Assembly (NCBI GenBank): GCA_963678315.1
Contig: OY782781.1
Location: 672,001 to 736,000, forward strand
DNA length: 64,000 bases
DNA from: Candidatus Cloacimonadales bacterium
GTDB lineage: Bacteria > Cloacimonadota > Cloacimonadia > Cloacimonadales > JAFGVF01
Direction: 5' to 3'
The notes below the pieces were generated by a model. That model did not search any database, was not told the DNA's origin, and saw only the letters and a program-made list of their open reading frames with translations. Shown here one piece after another: positions 27,846 to 38,089 of this stretch. A program made the position numbers and the translations under genes. Every line of letters starts with the position of its first letter. Positions within the stretch are counted from its first letter, which is position 1.

Positions 27846-29102
27846 ATGAAAAAATTTATTATTACACTTTTAGTTATTGCTTCAGTCGCAACAGGACTCT
27901 ACTTCTACTTTACAAAAGAAAATACAGAAGAAGAAAGCAAATATGATTTTACACAAGTTGAATATGGCAATATTGAGAATTATGTTTCTTCTACAGGGAC
28001 CTTAGAAACTGTTGGTTCTGTTGAAGTTGGTACTCAATTGTCAGGGAAGATTGAACACATCTATGTTGATTACAATGAAGAAGTTAAAGAAAATCAAATC
28101 CTAGCTCTTCTAGACACTTTACAACTACATTTAGAAGTTCAATCAGCACAGGCAGATGTAGAACAAAAAAGAGCACAACTTAGTTTGAGCAAGTTTCAAT
28201 ATGAAAACGATAAAAAGCTATATCAGCAGAGTTTTATCTCAGAATTAGCTTTAAATTCTAGTGAATCGGATTATCTTTCAAAGAAAGCTCTTCTATCATC
28301 ATCTCTAATAAAACTTGAAAAGGCTAAAATTAACCTATACAATTATGCCTACATAAGATCTCCCATTAATGGTCAGATTATAGATAAAGCTGTTGAAGAA
28401 GGACAAACTGTTTCAGCTAGTATGTCAGCTCCAACTCTCTTTGTCATAGCTGAAGATATATCTCAAATGGAAATCTATGCTTCAATAGATGAGACAGATA
28501 TTGGGAATATTCAGGAAGGACAGAAGGCAAGCTTTACAGTCGAGACTTATCCAGAAGATGAATTTGAGGCTGTTGTAAGTGAGATTAGGCTACAGCCTGA
28601 AACAATTTCTAACGTTGTAAATTACACTGTTGTTTTACAGGTAGAAAGTACTGAAGATAAGCTTCTACCAGGAATGACAGCCACCATAGAGATACTCATT
28701 AATGAGAAAAGTGATGTTTTAAAAGTAGATAATTCTGCTCTTTCAGTTAGCTTAGACCAGCAATCAATGATGGAAATAATGCAAAGAAAACGAGCAGAAA
28801 GAGAAGCTAGTGCAGATTCTACTAAGGGTGCAAGAAAAGGTCAGGGAATGGGGAGAATGGGCGGTCAACAAAAAAGAGAAATGCCTCAAGATATGAAGCT
28901 TGTTTACTATTTAAATGATGGACAATTAGACTTTATGCCTGTTAAAATAGGTGCTACAGATGGTTATCAAACCGAAATAAGTGGCAGAGATATAAGTGAA
29001 GGAATGGAATTAATTTCTAAAGTCAACACAAGCTCAAGCACAAGTTCTAAGAAGTCTACAAGTAATTCTTCAAGAAGAATGGGACCTCCAGGGTTATTCT
29101 AA
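27846..29102 (+). CDS. MacA-like periplasmic adaptor
   Basis: VEVGTQLSG, IRSPING, EEGQTVSAS..APTLF, LLPGMTA. Confidence 0.9.
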   Translation: MKKFIITLLVIASVATGLYFYFTKENTEEESKYDFTQVEYGNIENYVSSTGTLETVGSVEVGTQLSGKIEHIYVDYNEEVKENQILALLDTLQLHLEVQSAQADVEQKRAQLSLSKFQYENDKKLYQQSFISELALNSSESDYLSKKALLSSSLIKLEKAKINLYNYAYIRSPINGQIIDKAVEEGQTVSASMSAPTLFVIAEDISQMEIYASIDETDIGNIQEGQKASFTVETYPEDEFEAVVSEIRLQPETISNVVNYTVVLQVESTEDKLLPGMTATIEILINEKSDVLKVDNSALSVSLDQQSMMEIMQRKRAEREASADSTKGARKGQGMGRMGGQQKREMPQDMKLVYYLNDGQLDFMPVKIGATDGYQTEISGRDISEGMELISKVNTSSSTSSKKSTSNSSRRMGPPGLF

Positions 29103-29854
29103 TGGAAAATGTAATCGAAATGAATGGAATTAGAAAGGATTACCACATGGGTGAAATTGTGGTTTCTGCCTTGAAAGGAGTTTCTCTTTCCATTAAGAAA
29201 GGTGAATTTGTAGCAATCATGGGTGCTTCAGGTTCAGGTAAATCTACATTAATGAATATCTTAGGTTGCTTGGATGAGAAAAGCCAGGGAGAATACCTTC
29301 TGGATAATCTTGATATTGGCACGCTTACCAAAGATGATTACGCCAAGATTAGAAATGAAAAGATTGGATTTATTTTTCAAGGATTTAATCTGCTTTCAAG
29401 AACTTCTGCATTAGAAAACGTAGAGCTTCCTCTTCTATATAGTAGTACTAGTAAGAAGATTAACTCTAAGGCTAGAGCAAAAGAATGTTTAGAGATGGTT
29501 GGACTCGGAGATAGAATTGACCATGTTCCTAATCAGCTTTCGGGTGGACAACAACAAAGAGTTGCGATTGCTAGATCACTAGTTAATAAACCAGCAATTA
29601 TTTTAGCAGATGAACCTACAGGTAATTTGGATTCTAAAACATCAATAGAAATAATGGCACTGTTTCAAGAGTTAAATTCACAGGGTATTACTATTGTTTT
29701 AGTTACTCATGAAGCAGATATAGCAGAATATATCAATCGTAAAATAATTCTTAAAGATGGCAGGAAAATACTAGATAAGGTGAATGAAAAGCCTAAAAAT
29801 GCTAGAGATGACCTTGCTAACTGGAAAGAAGTTGATGATGTAAGAGAGGATTAA
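29102..29854 (+). CDS. MacB/LolD-type ABC ATP-binding protein
   Basis: [31 protein letters not shown]. Confidence 0.93.
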   Translation: MENVIEMNGIRKDYHMGEIVVSALKGVSLSIKKGEFVAIMGASGSGKSTLMNILGCLDEKSQGEYLLDNLDIGTLTKDDYAKIRNEKIGFIFQGFNLLSRTSALENVELPLLYSSTSKKINSKARAKECLEMVGLGDRIDHVPNQLSGGQQQRVAIARSLVNKPAIILADEPTGNLDSKTSIEIMALFQELNSQGITIVLVTHEADIAEYINRKIILKDGRKILDKVNEKPKNARDDLANWKEVDDVRED

Positions 29855-31078
29855 ATGAAGAGTTTTAAAATATTAAAAATAGCCTTACAGAGTATTCTCA
29901 AGAATAGAATGCGTTCTCTACTTACCTCATTAGGGATTATTATAGGTGTTTGTTCTGTAATTGTGATGGTGGCTATCGGGGAGGGTTCTCAGGCAAATAT
30001 AGAACAGAATATAGCTTCCATGGGAACAAATCTTATTATGGTTAGACGTCCTAGCTCAAGAGATAAAAATGTTAATATGGGGGCTGCCTCAAGGAATACA
30101 TTGACAACAGATGATATCGAATATTTGAAAGAGAATGCTAGTGATAATATTATTGGTGTATCAGGACAATTGAGAGTTGGTAATGCACAAATAATATATG
30201 GCACTAATAACTGGCGAACTACTGTTGAAGGTGTTGGTGAAGATTATCCAATTATCAAAAGCTGGAAAGTAGAAAATGGTAACATTTTTACCCAGAAAGA
30301 GAATAAGCTAAACAAGAAAGTTGCAGTGATTGGTTCTACTATCGCTGAAGAGTTGTTTGATTCCGAAGACCCTGTAGGAAAATCAATTAGAATTAATAAA
30401 CTTCCATTCAAAATTGTTGGAGTTCTTGAATCAAAAGGACAAAATAGTAGGGGAGATGACCAAGACGATGTAGTGCTAATTCCTACTAATACAGCTTTAA
30501 AAAAGATGTCCGGAAGTCAATATATAGGAATGATTTATATCAGTGCTAAGAGTCTTGATGTAATAGACCAAACTCAAGAAGAAGTTACTGAATTATTAAG
30601 AGCTTCTCATAAACTAAAATATGATGAAGATGATGATTTTAGTATATTTAATCAATCAGAAATAACCGAAATGGCATCTTCAACATCTCAGACCTTAACC
30701 CTTCTCTTAGGAGCAATTGCAGGAGTTTCTTTGATTGTGGGAGGAATAGGAATCATGAACATTATGCTAGTTTCTGTAACTGAAAGAACCAGAGAAATTG
30801 GTATAAGACTTTCAATAGGTGCTAGGTCTAGAGACGTATTAACCCAATTTTTAACAGAAGCACTGGTGCTGAGTTTGTCGGGAGGCATTATTGGAATTGT
30901 ATTTGCTCTTGCTATATGTTTAGCCTTGAGTAATTTTACTTCACTCACTACAGTAATTAACACAACAATAATTCTAATAGCTTTTTCATTCTCTGGATTA
31001 GTAGGGATATTCTTTGGCTATTATCCAGCTAAAAAGGCAGCTAGAATGAATCCAATAGATGCTTTAAGATATGAGTAA
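29855..31078 (+). CDS. MacB-type ABC permease
   Basis: RSLLTSLGIIIGV, GGIGIMNIMLVSVTERTREIG, PIDALRYE. Confidence 0.93.
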   Translation: MKSFKILKIALQSILKNRMRSLLTSLGIIIGVCSVIVMVAIGEGSQANIEQNIASMGTNLIMVRRPSSRDKNVNMGAASRNTLTTDDIEYLKENASDNIIGVSGQLRVGNAQIIYGTNNWRTTVEGVGEDYPIIKSWKVENGNIFTQKENKLNKKVAVIGSTIAEELFDSEDPVGKSIRINKLPFKIVGVLESKGQNSRGDDQDDVVLIPTNTALKKMSGSQYIGMIYISAKSLDVIDQTQEEVTELLRASHKLKYDEDDDFSIFNQSEITEMASSTSQTLTLLLGAIAGVSLIVGGIGIMNIMLVSVTERTREIGIRLSIGARSRDVLTQFLTEALVLSLSGGIIGIVFALAICLALSNFTSLTTVINTTIILIAFSFSGLVGIFFGYYPAKKAARMNPIDALRYE

Positions 31079-31152
31079 TAAAGTGGGAGATATTCTGTGT
31101 AGGGCTTTATTTATTGACGTAAAATTAGCAATTTAGAAGATTGAACAATTAA

Positions 31153-31229
<77 letters not shown>

Positions 31230-31290
31230 ATTTAAGAAATAGCTTTGATTTGCGTGATTTATTGTCAAGAAAAAATAAAGAGGAGAATTT

Positions 31291-31821
31291 ATGGAACTTT
31301 ATATGAGTTTTGTAAAGAATAATGTTATTCTATCTGCCATTATTCACTTTGCTATATTAGGAACCTTTGGGGAAATAATATCTAAGTGGATGATTAATAA
31401 GAATTTTAAGTACCCATTCAACCTGAAAGATACACTTGCTAAAATGGTTATTTGGGCAATATTAGGTGTATGTATTAAATACGCTTTTAAAGGTTTTGCT
31501 CATGGCTTTGTTCCGGCATTAATGGAAGAAGGCTTCTTACCACATGCAGGTAAAGATAGCTTCTTGCTAGCTTTCTATATTTCTGCATTCATGAACTTAC
31601 AGTTCGGTCCTTTCCTTGTATTAGTTCATAGACTATTAGATAATATTGCTGCTGGAAAATCAAATTGGAAAAATATTCATAAAGGCTTATACTGCTTGCT
31701 ATGGTTCTGGATCCCTGCACATACAATAACCTTCTTGTTACCTGGTGAATTACGTATCTTGATGGCTGCTTTATGGTCATTAGTACTCGGTTTATTATTA
31801 GGTTACTTTAATAGAAAATAA
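31291..31821 (+). CDS. Mpv17/PMP22-like membrane protein
   Basis: Several TMs; FWIPAHTITFLLP..LRILMAALWS. Confidence 0.7.
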   Translation: MELYMSFVKNNVILSAIIHFAILGTFGEIISKWMINKNFKYPFNLKDTLAKMVIWAILGVCIKYAFKGFAHGFVPALMEEGFLPHAGKDSFLLAFYISAFMNLQFGPFLVLVHRLLDNIAAGKSNWKNIHKGLYCLLWFWIPAHTITFLLPGELRILMAALWSLVLGLLLGYFNRK

Positions 31822-31843
31822 TTAAATTTAGTTTAGAAAATTA

Positions 31844-31873
31844 AAAAGCTCACAAGATTAATTGTGAGCTTTT
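31844..31873. terminator. bidirectional terminator
   Basis: AAAAGCTCACAA...TTGTGAGCTTTT between convergent genes. Confidence 0.8.
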
Positions 31874-31892
31874 GTTATATATGTGTAAACTT

Positions 31893-32525
31893 CTATTGAT
31901 TAAGCCTTTCTTTCAATATATAAGAAAAGTCAGAGTACTTAAAGCCCTTTCTCATTAGATAAGCACAACACTTATCATAGACTTTCTTTGAATCCTGATT
32001 GCTATAACGTCTTACAAGCTTATCAACATTATCTTCCAATATACGAAGCTTATCATCTTGTGAATATTGCTTATCTAACTCAGACTCAATAAGATTAATA
32101 TCAACCCCTTTTAGTTTAAGCTTATAGCGAATATCATTCTTACTCTTTCCTAATTCTATCATTGACCTAACATATAATTCTGTTAATCTAGCATCAGAAA
32201 TAAACTTCTTATCTAGACAAAAATCTATAACTTTGCTGATAATAGAATAATGGAAATTGAGCTTTTTTAAGTATTGCTTAGACTCATATTCAGAGTGTTC
32301 TTGCTTAGCTAAATAGTTAAATAGTCTTTCTCGAGCATACCTATAGAGATAGTCTTTAAGCTCAACTTCTTGGTAATCTTCAAGCTCCTCTAAATATAGA
32401 TATAAAGAGAGGAGTTTTACAGGTAAAACTCCCCAAAGTTGTTGGTCTATATAGACTTCTCTAAGATATTTTACCCCTAATCTATTCCTCAGTTCCAGCT
32501 TCTTCTTCTTCATTGTTATCTTCAA
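31893..32525 (-). CDS. recX: RecX regulatory protein
   Basis: Follows rec[25 protein letters not shown]. Confidence 0.8.
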   Translation of the reverse strand: MKITMKKKKLELRNRLGVKYLREVYIDQQLWGVLPVKLLSLYLYLEELEDYQEVELKDYLYRYARERLFNYLAKQEHSEYESKQYLKKLNFHYSIISKVIDFCLDKKFISDARLTELYVRSMIELGKSKNDIRYKLKLKGVDINLIESELDKQYSQDDKLRILEDNVDKLVRRYSNQDSKKVYDKCCAYLMRKGFKYSDFSYILKERLNQ

Positions 32526-33531
32526 AACTATCTGGTGAGATTATATGTAAAACTTTATCTTTGATTTCTGCTTGTAGATCCTCATTCTCTGTTAAGAATG
32601 CTTTTGTCTTCTCAGAACCCTGACCTAATCTAATATCTCCATAAGAGAACCATGAGCCTGCTTTAGTTACAATATCATGATTAACAGCTAAGTCAAGCAA
32701 GATGTCTAACTTAGAGATACCTAGACCAAAGATTATTGGGAATTCTACTTTCTTAAATGGTGGAGCGAACTTATTCTTAACTATCTTTACACGAGTCTTA
32801 GCACCAGAGATTTCAGCCTCAGCTCCAGTAGTCTTAATAGAACCTGCAGATCTAACTTCTAAGCGAAGAGATGAATAGAACTTAAGCGCTACACCACCAG
32901 TAGTCGTTTCAGGATTAACATAAGGTGGAGCCCCTATCTTCATTCTTGTTTGATTAATGAATATTACAGCAGTATTTGACTTAGATACAATAGAAGTAAG
33001 CTTTCTGAGAGCTTGAGACATTAATCTAGCTTGTAAGCCAACATGACTATCACCCATGCTACCTTCTATCTCTTGACGAGGCACTAGGGCTGCTACTGAG
33101 TCAATAACGATAAGATCTAAAGCATTAGATCTACATAAGTGTTCAACAATCTCAAGAGCTTGCTCACCGCCATCAGGCTGAGAGATAAGTAGTTTATCTG
33201 TATCTACACCTAATTTCTTAGCATAGATAGGATCTAAAGCATGTTCTGCATCAATAAAAGCAACTTCACCACCCTGCTTTTGAGCTTCTGAAACAATATG
33301 CAAAGACAAGGTTGTCTTACCCGAAGCTTCAGCCCCATAAATCTCAGTAATCCTTCCCTTAGGAATACCACCTATGCCTAAAGCGACATCTAAGTTTAAT
33401 GCTCCTGTTGGAATTACATCTACATCTAGTTTAGGTCTATCACCTAAACGCATTATTGCACCTACACCATATTTCTTCTCAAGTTGTTTCAACGCTGTTT
33501 TTAAGGCAGTATCTTTTGCATTATCAGCCAT
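32482..33531 (-). CDS. recA: recombinase RecA
   Basis: [44 protein letters not shown]. Confidence 0.98.
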   Translation of the reverse strand: MADNAKDTALKTALKQLEKKYGVGAIMRLGDRPKLDVDVIPTGALNLDVALGIGGIPKGRITEIYGAEASGKTTLSLHIVSEAQKQGGEVAFIDAEHALDPIYAKKLGVDTDKLLISQPDGGEQALEIVEHLCRSNALDLIVIDSVAALVPRQEIEGSMGDSHVGLQARLMSQALRKLTSIVSKSNTAVIFINQTRMKIGAPPYVNPETTTGGVALKFYSSLRLEVRSAGSIKTTGAEAEISGAKTRVKIVKNKFAPPFKKVEFPIIFGLGISKLDILLDLAVNHDIVTKAGSWFSYGDIRLGQGSEKTKAFLTENEDLQAEIKDKVLHIISPDSFEDNNEEEEAGTEE

Positions 33532-33549
33532 AATATTTCCTCTATTAGC

Positions 33550-34095
33550 TTATATATTATATTGTTTAAGTTCTCTGTATTTTACTCCATGCTTACCAAA
33601 AGTACTTTCATAGAGTATTACTTCATCGACAGTTATATTGAGAATTTCAGTCTCACAATTCATTATTGTGTTGATATGTGGTTTCATTAACGGGACCTTA
33701 ACCCGTCCTAAAGTTATATGAGCTTTAAATTCCCTCTTTTCAAGCTCAATCCCTAGCTCTTTAAGCTTGAATCTGAGCTTCTTAACAAACTTAGCTAAAG
33801 ACTTGTCATGTTCTAATTCAAGCCAGATTAACTTTGGTTCAGCTAAAGGATAAACACTTAAATTAGCATCCTTAAAAGTCTGCCTACTTAAGTCAGGAAG
33901 TAATTCTAAAAACACCTCATCTAAATCAGAGAGAATATTCCCAGGTAAGTTTCCAAGAAACTGCAAAGTAATATGAAGATTCTCCTGCTTTACCCAAGTA
34001 ACTCCAAATGGAATATAATCAGCCAAATAGGCTATCTTTTCGCTTAGATACTGCCGTAAGGCATCATCTATAGGAAAAGCATAAAAAAGCCTCAT
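33550..34095 (-). CDS. thpR: RNA 2',3'-cyclic phosphodiesterase (2H family)
   Basis: MRLF start, two HITL motifs, upstream of recA. Confidence 0.88.
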   Translation of the reverse strand: MRLFYAFPIDDALRQYLSEKIAYLADYIPFGVTWVKQENLHITLQFLGNLPGNILSDLDEVFLELLPDLSRQTFKDANLSVYPLAEPKLIWLELEHDKSLAKFVKKLRFKLKELGIELEKREFKAHITLGRVKVPLMKPHINTIMNCETEILNITVDEVILYESTFGKHGVKYRELKQYNI

Positions 34096-34578
34096 CTATC
34101 TTTTATATCCGATAGTTTGTAAGAACTTCTTTCTAGTCGTAATATCTGTATCTAACTCTGTACCTTTAGGAGAGAAGCCATCTATTACACCTAAGATACC
34201 ACGACCCTGCTCAGTTTGGGCGATTATAACCTCTACAGGATTAGCTGTAGCACAGAAGATATTCACAACTTCACGGCAGTTCTTTACTGCAGGAAGCACA
34301 TTTATTGGGAAAGCATTCTCTAATATTATCAAGAAAGAGTGTCCAGCGCCTATCTTTTTAATATTTCTTACAGCTTCATCAATAAGATAAACATCGTTGC
34401 CATCCTTACGGATAAGGCATGGACCAGAAGCCTCAGCAAAAGCAAGTCCAAACTTCACATTTGGCACTGAATTAACAACAGCTTCATATAAATCCTCTAC
34501 AGTTTTGATAAAATGAGACTGTCCAAGAATAATGTTTCTACCTTCTTTAACTACTATCTTTTCACTAACTAATTCCAT
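34096..34578 (-). CDS. adenosine-specific kinase family (DUF355)
   Basis: [36 protein letters not shown]. Confidence 0.85.
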   Translation of the reverse strand: MELVSEKIVVKEGRNIILGQSHFIKTVEDLYEAVVNSVPNVKFGLAFAEASGPCLIRKDGNDVYLIDEAVRNIKKIGAGHSFLIILENAFPINVLPAVKNCREVVNIFCATANPVEVIIAQTEQGRGILGVIDGFSPKGTELDTDITTRKKFLQTIGYKR

Positions 34579-34749
34579 AATTACATCTCCACAATAAAAT
34601 ATTAATTAATACTTAATTTAATTATTTAAATCTTTATTTAAGTGTCAATAAATTAATTTGTAAATTACTAACACTGCTTTTAAAAGCCTATTAAATGGCC
34701 TCTTCATAAATTTATTTAAATATACTTAATATTTTCAAGCATATTTATC

Positions 34750-35514
34750 TTATTCATACCAGTTCTTAAATTCTTTAACTTTTCTTCTACTAACAATTAC
34801 ATCAAAGTCAACTTTTACTTTTAAATCCAATAATAATCTATTTCCAATAAACTGATGGATTCTAGCAATAGAATAATCAGGAACTATAAACTGGCGTGAA
34901 ATTCTAAAGTAATTATTAGATAACATGCCTTCTAAATTATCTAGAGAATAGTCCAGAATATAGCGTTTTTGCTCATTAGTGATGATATAGGTTGTACTAT
35001 TATCAGCATAGAATAAGGCAATATCAGAAGAGAATATAGGAATAAAGGTAGTTCCTTTTTTCACTAAGAATTTCTGATGACTATCATTACCGCTTTCCAC
35101 AGTTGTATTAGAAAGCTCTTTAATCAGATTCTTAAATATCGGCTTAGAAATGCTCTCTTTCACTAGGTTTGTATATTTCTGAATACTATTTATCAGGTCA
35201 GCTTTTTTAATAGGTTTAAGAAGGTAATCTATGCTATTAAGTTTGAAAGCATCGATAGCAAACTGATTGTAAGCAGTCATAAAGATAATTGGTGATTTAA
35301 CATTACTATCTTCGAATATCTCAAAACTTGTACCATCACCAAGCTGAATGTCTGCAAAAATCAAATCAGGTTCACTATTTTCTTCAAACCATAACAATCC
35401 TTCTTCTACTGAGGATATTTGGGCAATGACTTGATAGTCATTATTAATATTCTCGACAATCTTTTTTATTCTATCTGAAGAAATCTTTTCATCTTCAATA
35501 ATTATCATTTTCAT
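34750..35514 (-). CDS. LytTR-family response regulator
   Basis: IIEDE, DIQLGDG, FMTAY, DYLLKP; FRISRQFIV, VSRRK. Confidence 0.92.
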   Translation of the reverse strand: MKMIIIEDEKISSDRIKKIVENINNDYQVIAQISSVEEGLLWFEENSEPDLIFADIQLGDGTSFEIFEDSNVKSPIIFMTAYNQFAIDAFKLNSIDYLLKPIKKADLINSIQKYTNLVKESISKPIFKNLIKELSNTTVESGNDSHQKFLVKKGTTFIPIFSSDIALFYADNSTTYIITNEQKRYILDYSLDNLEGMLSNNYFRISRQFIVPDYSIARIHQFIGNRLLLDLKVKVDFDVIVSRRKVKEFKNWYE

Positions 35515-35515
35515 T

Positions 35516-37303
35516 CTAAGATATCTCCCTAATAAGTGGTAATTTTACAATAAATTGGTTATCTGTTTCAGACACAACAATGTTCAATTTCTTCAACAAA
35601 TACAATCTTTGATTCAGGTTTTTTAATCCCATTTTAGAAGTTATAGTAGCCTGCTTTTTTACTTGCATATTATTGGAAACAACCAGCTGATTTTTATCTA
35701 CTTTGAAGTTTATGATTAGCTTCCTTTCTGGGGTAGCAATATTGTGTTTAATTGCGTTTTCTATCAGCATTTGAATACTTAATGGGGGTACAAAGAAAGA
35801 TTCGTATTCAGGCTTGATCTCATAATTCATTTCGATAGAATCTGAAAACCTCATTTTAATAAGGTAGGTGTAGGCATTACAGAATTTTAATTCACTGCCT
35901 AGTGTAACAAAGTCAAGATCTTGAGTATCTAGAATATACCTATAGACTTGCGAGAACTCTTGTATATAATTTACAGCCGTGTCTTGATCTGTTTCAACCA
36001 AAGCGACCAGAGTCCCTAAGCTATTAAACAAGAAATGTGGATCAAGTTGCTTTTTCAAAATACTTAATTGAGATTGCAAGTTTGTTTCAGTAAGTTCAAG
36101 GTTCTTTATCTTTTGAGAATGGAGCTCATTAATGGTCGTATTATATTGCTTCAAGAGTAAATTACCAAAGGCAAATACCCAGAACAACATACCCACACCA
36201 ATAGGGGCTAAGTAAAGTTCTATAGAAGGAGTTCTCACAAAGACAGAGAAGATTATATAGAAAAGATTAACCAAAGATGCTATAAAAAAGAGACTTTTAC
36301 TTCGGTATAGAATATCCTCATCTTTCTTAAGAAAATACAATATTGCCAGATGAAATATCAGTAGTATAGCTAAAATGAAGAACTTTGTATAAAACATAAA
36401 GTTCATTGGTATGAAGAAGAATATTAATGAAGTAAACATTATTATCGGCATCAACAAAAGAATCCTTCTTTTGAGGAATGATGAAATAAGCAGGCCAAAG
36501 AAGAACCATATTAAATGATAATTAACAAGTAGGGTTAGCATTCTCGTATGAGTAAAGTCTGAGAATATCAAAGATAATGGAGAAAGTAACCAATAAAAGA
36601 TGCCTGCTGTTCCCATTAATAAAGAGAATAGCAATAAAACTATGTTCAGCTTTTTTATTGTGACAAAGAAAATTATTAAACTTACAATACTAGCAACAAT
36701 CAGAAAACTACCAATAAAGATAAAACCAAAGTTAGTTCTCTTTTTAGAAAGTTCTCTTTCCCTAATGAAGTTGGTGATAGAACTTTTACCTCCAATCACA
36801 ATAGGAAAAAATTTAAAGATGGCTGTATCCTTAGTCATATCAAAAGAGAAATAAATATAATCTAAAGTACTAATAATTCCGTTCTTATAACCTATAGGAA
36901 AGACCTTTCCTTCAAAATTACCAGGAGCAATAAGTTTGTTTAAGTTTTCTTCTATTGCGTTTTTTGGAAAGATTTTTTCCCCATAATAGACAGCCAAATT
37001 GTTTTTTACTGAATTGATAAAAACATAATTCTTAGGGTCAATATTATTCTGTAATTTTACCCTAATCCAATACTTTCCTTCATCAAGAATCCCATGTTTT
37101 CTTAAGAAATCTATTTTTACCCAATCATGCTCAGATAAGTTAGTAAACTCGGGTATATCAAAAGCATTTTTATGAATATGACCTATGTAAAATTCAACAT
37201 CATGAATATTGTATTCATTCCTATCATTAGAACTTTCATTCCCCTTTAAGGTAAAGGCTAACATTAACACTAAAACAAATAATAGAATCTTCTTCATAAT
37301 CAA
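35516..37303 (-). CDS. LytS/YehU-type membrane histidine kinase
   Basis: Extracellular domain, about 7 TMs, QLDPHFLFNSL, ENAIKHN, GLKNL. Confidence 0.9.
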   Translation of the reverse strand: MIMKKILLFVLVLMLAFTLKGNESSNDRNEYNIHDVEFYIGHIHKNAFDIPEFTNLSEHDWVKIDFLRKHGILDEGKYWIRVKLQNNIDPKNYVFINSVKNNLAVYYGEKIFPKNAIEENLNKLIAPGNFEGKVFPIGYKNGIISTLDYIYFSFDMTKDTAIFKFFPIVIGGKSSITNFIRERELSKKRTNFGFIFIGSFLIVASIVSLIIFFVTIKKLNIVLLLFSLLMGTAGIFYWLLSPLSLIFSDFTHTRMLTLLVNYHLIWFFFGLLISSFLKRRILLLMPIIMFTSLIFFFIPMNFMFYTKFFILAILLIFHLAILYFLKKDEDILYRSKSLFFIASLVNLFYIIFSVFVRTPSIELYLAPIGVGMLFWVFAFGNLLLKQYNTTINELHSQKIKNLELTETNLQSQLSILKKQLDPHFLFNSLGTLVALVETDQDTAVNYIQEFSQVYRYILDTQDLDFVTLGSELKFCNAYTYLIKMRFSDSIEMNYEIKPEYESFFVPPLSIQMLIENAIKHNIATPERKLIINFKVDKNQLVVSNNMQVKKQATITSKMGLKNLNQRLYLLKKLNIVVSETDNQFIVKLPLIREIS

Positions 37304-37306
37304 CCT

Positions 37307-38071
37307 TTATACTATTTTTTGAGCTATATAAATAATGTTATCTGAATCAGGAGTAACATCATTAAGTTGGAAATCTCCATACATTTCAACTAGCTTATAT
37401 CCACATAGCTTTAGCAAAACTTCAAGAAAGTCAGTTCTCACACCTTTTAGACTCAGAACATGCCTAAAGACATCTCTTGATTGACTATCTTCCAAGACAT
37501 AGGTATCTTCCCATCTTGTTATCTGTGCTATTCTATCTACTCTATGAGATGTATACATAGAAATTTGTTTACCTAAATCTTTGTTCTGTCTCTTATATAA
37601 TAGTGTTTTAGCTTGATGAATAGGCAAGTCACAAGTATATGGGCATATATCAAATCCGATAAAGCCACCTCTTTCAATAAACTTTGATAAATGAGTTAGT
37701 GCTTTAATTTGCTCATCTAAAGTAAGCAAATATTGGAATGTTGAATATGAATAAAAAGCAAAGTTATACTTATCTGGAAATTCATATTCTAGCATACTAC
37801 CACAATGAATATTCTCTATAAGCATATCTTTTCTGTTTTTCCGGAACTCACATATCATCTTTGAAGACAAGTCGATAGCAGTTATATCATACCCTTCTTT
37901 AGCAAATTCCTTGCTAATCCTACCTGTACCGCATCCAAGCTCCAACACTTTTCCACCAAGTTTATTAGCAATGGCTAGCCATGCTTTATAATCACCTAAT
38001 TGATGAGAGTTAATTGCATTCAGCTCCCAATCAAATAGGTAAGAATAATCATTCCAATCTTTTATCATCAT
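37307..38071 (-). CDS. class I SAM-dependent methyltransferase
   Basis: VLELGCGTGR, AIDLS. Confidence 0.88.
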   Translation of the reverse strand: MMIKDWNDYSYLFDWELNAINSHQLGDYKAWLAIANKLGGKVLELGCGTGRISKEFAKEGYDITAIDLSSKMICEFRKNRKDMLIENIHCGSMLEYEFPDKYNFAFYSYSTFQYLLTLDEQIKALTHLSKFIERGGFIGFDICPYTCDLPIHQAKTLLYKRQNKDLGKQISMYTSHRVDRIAQITRWEDTYVLEDSQSRDVFRHVLSLKGVRTDFLEVLLKLCGYKLVEMYGDFQLNDVTPDSDNIIYIAQKIV

Positions 38072-38089
38072 ATCCTCAGCATATTATTA

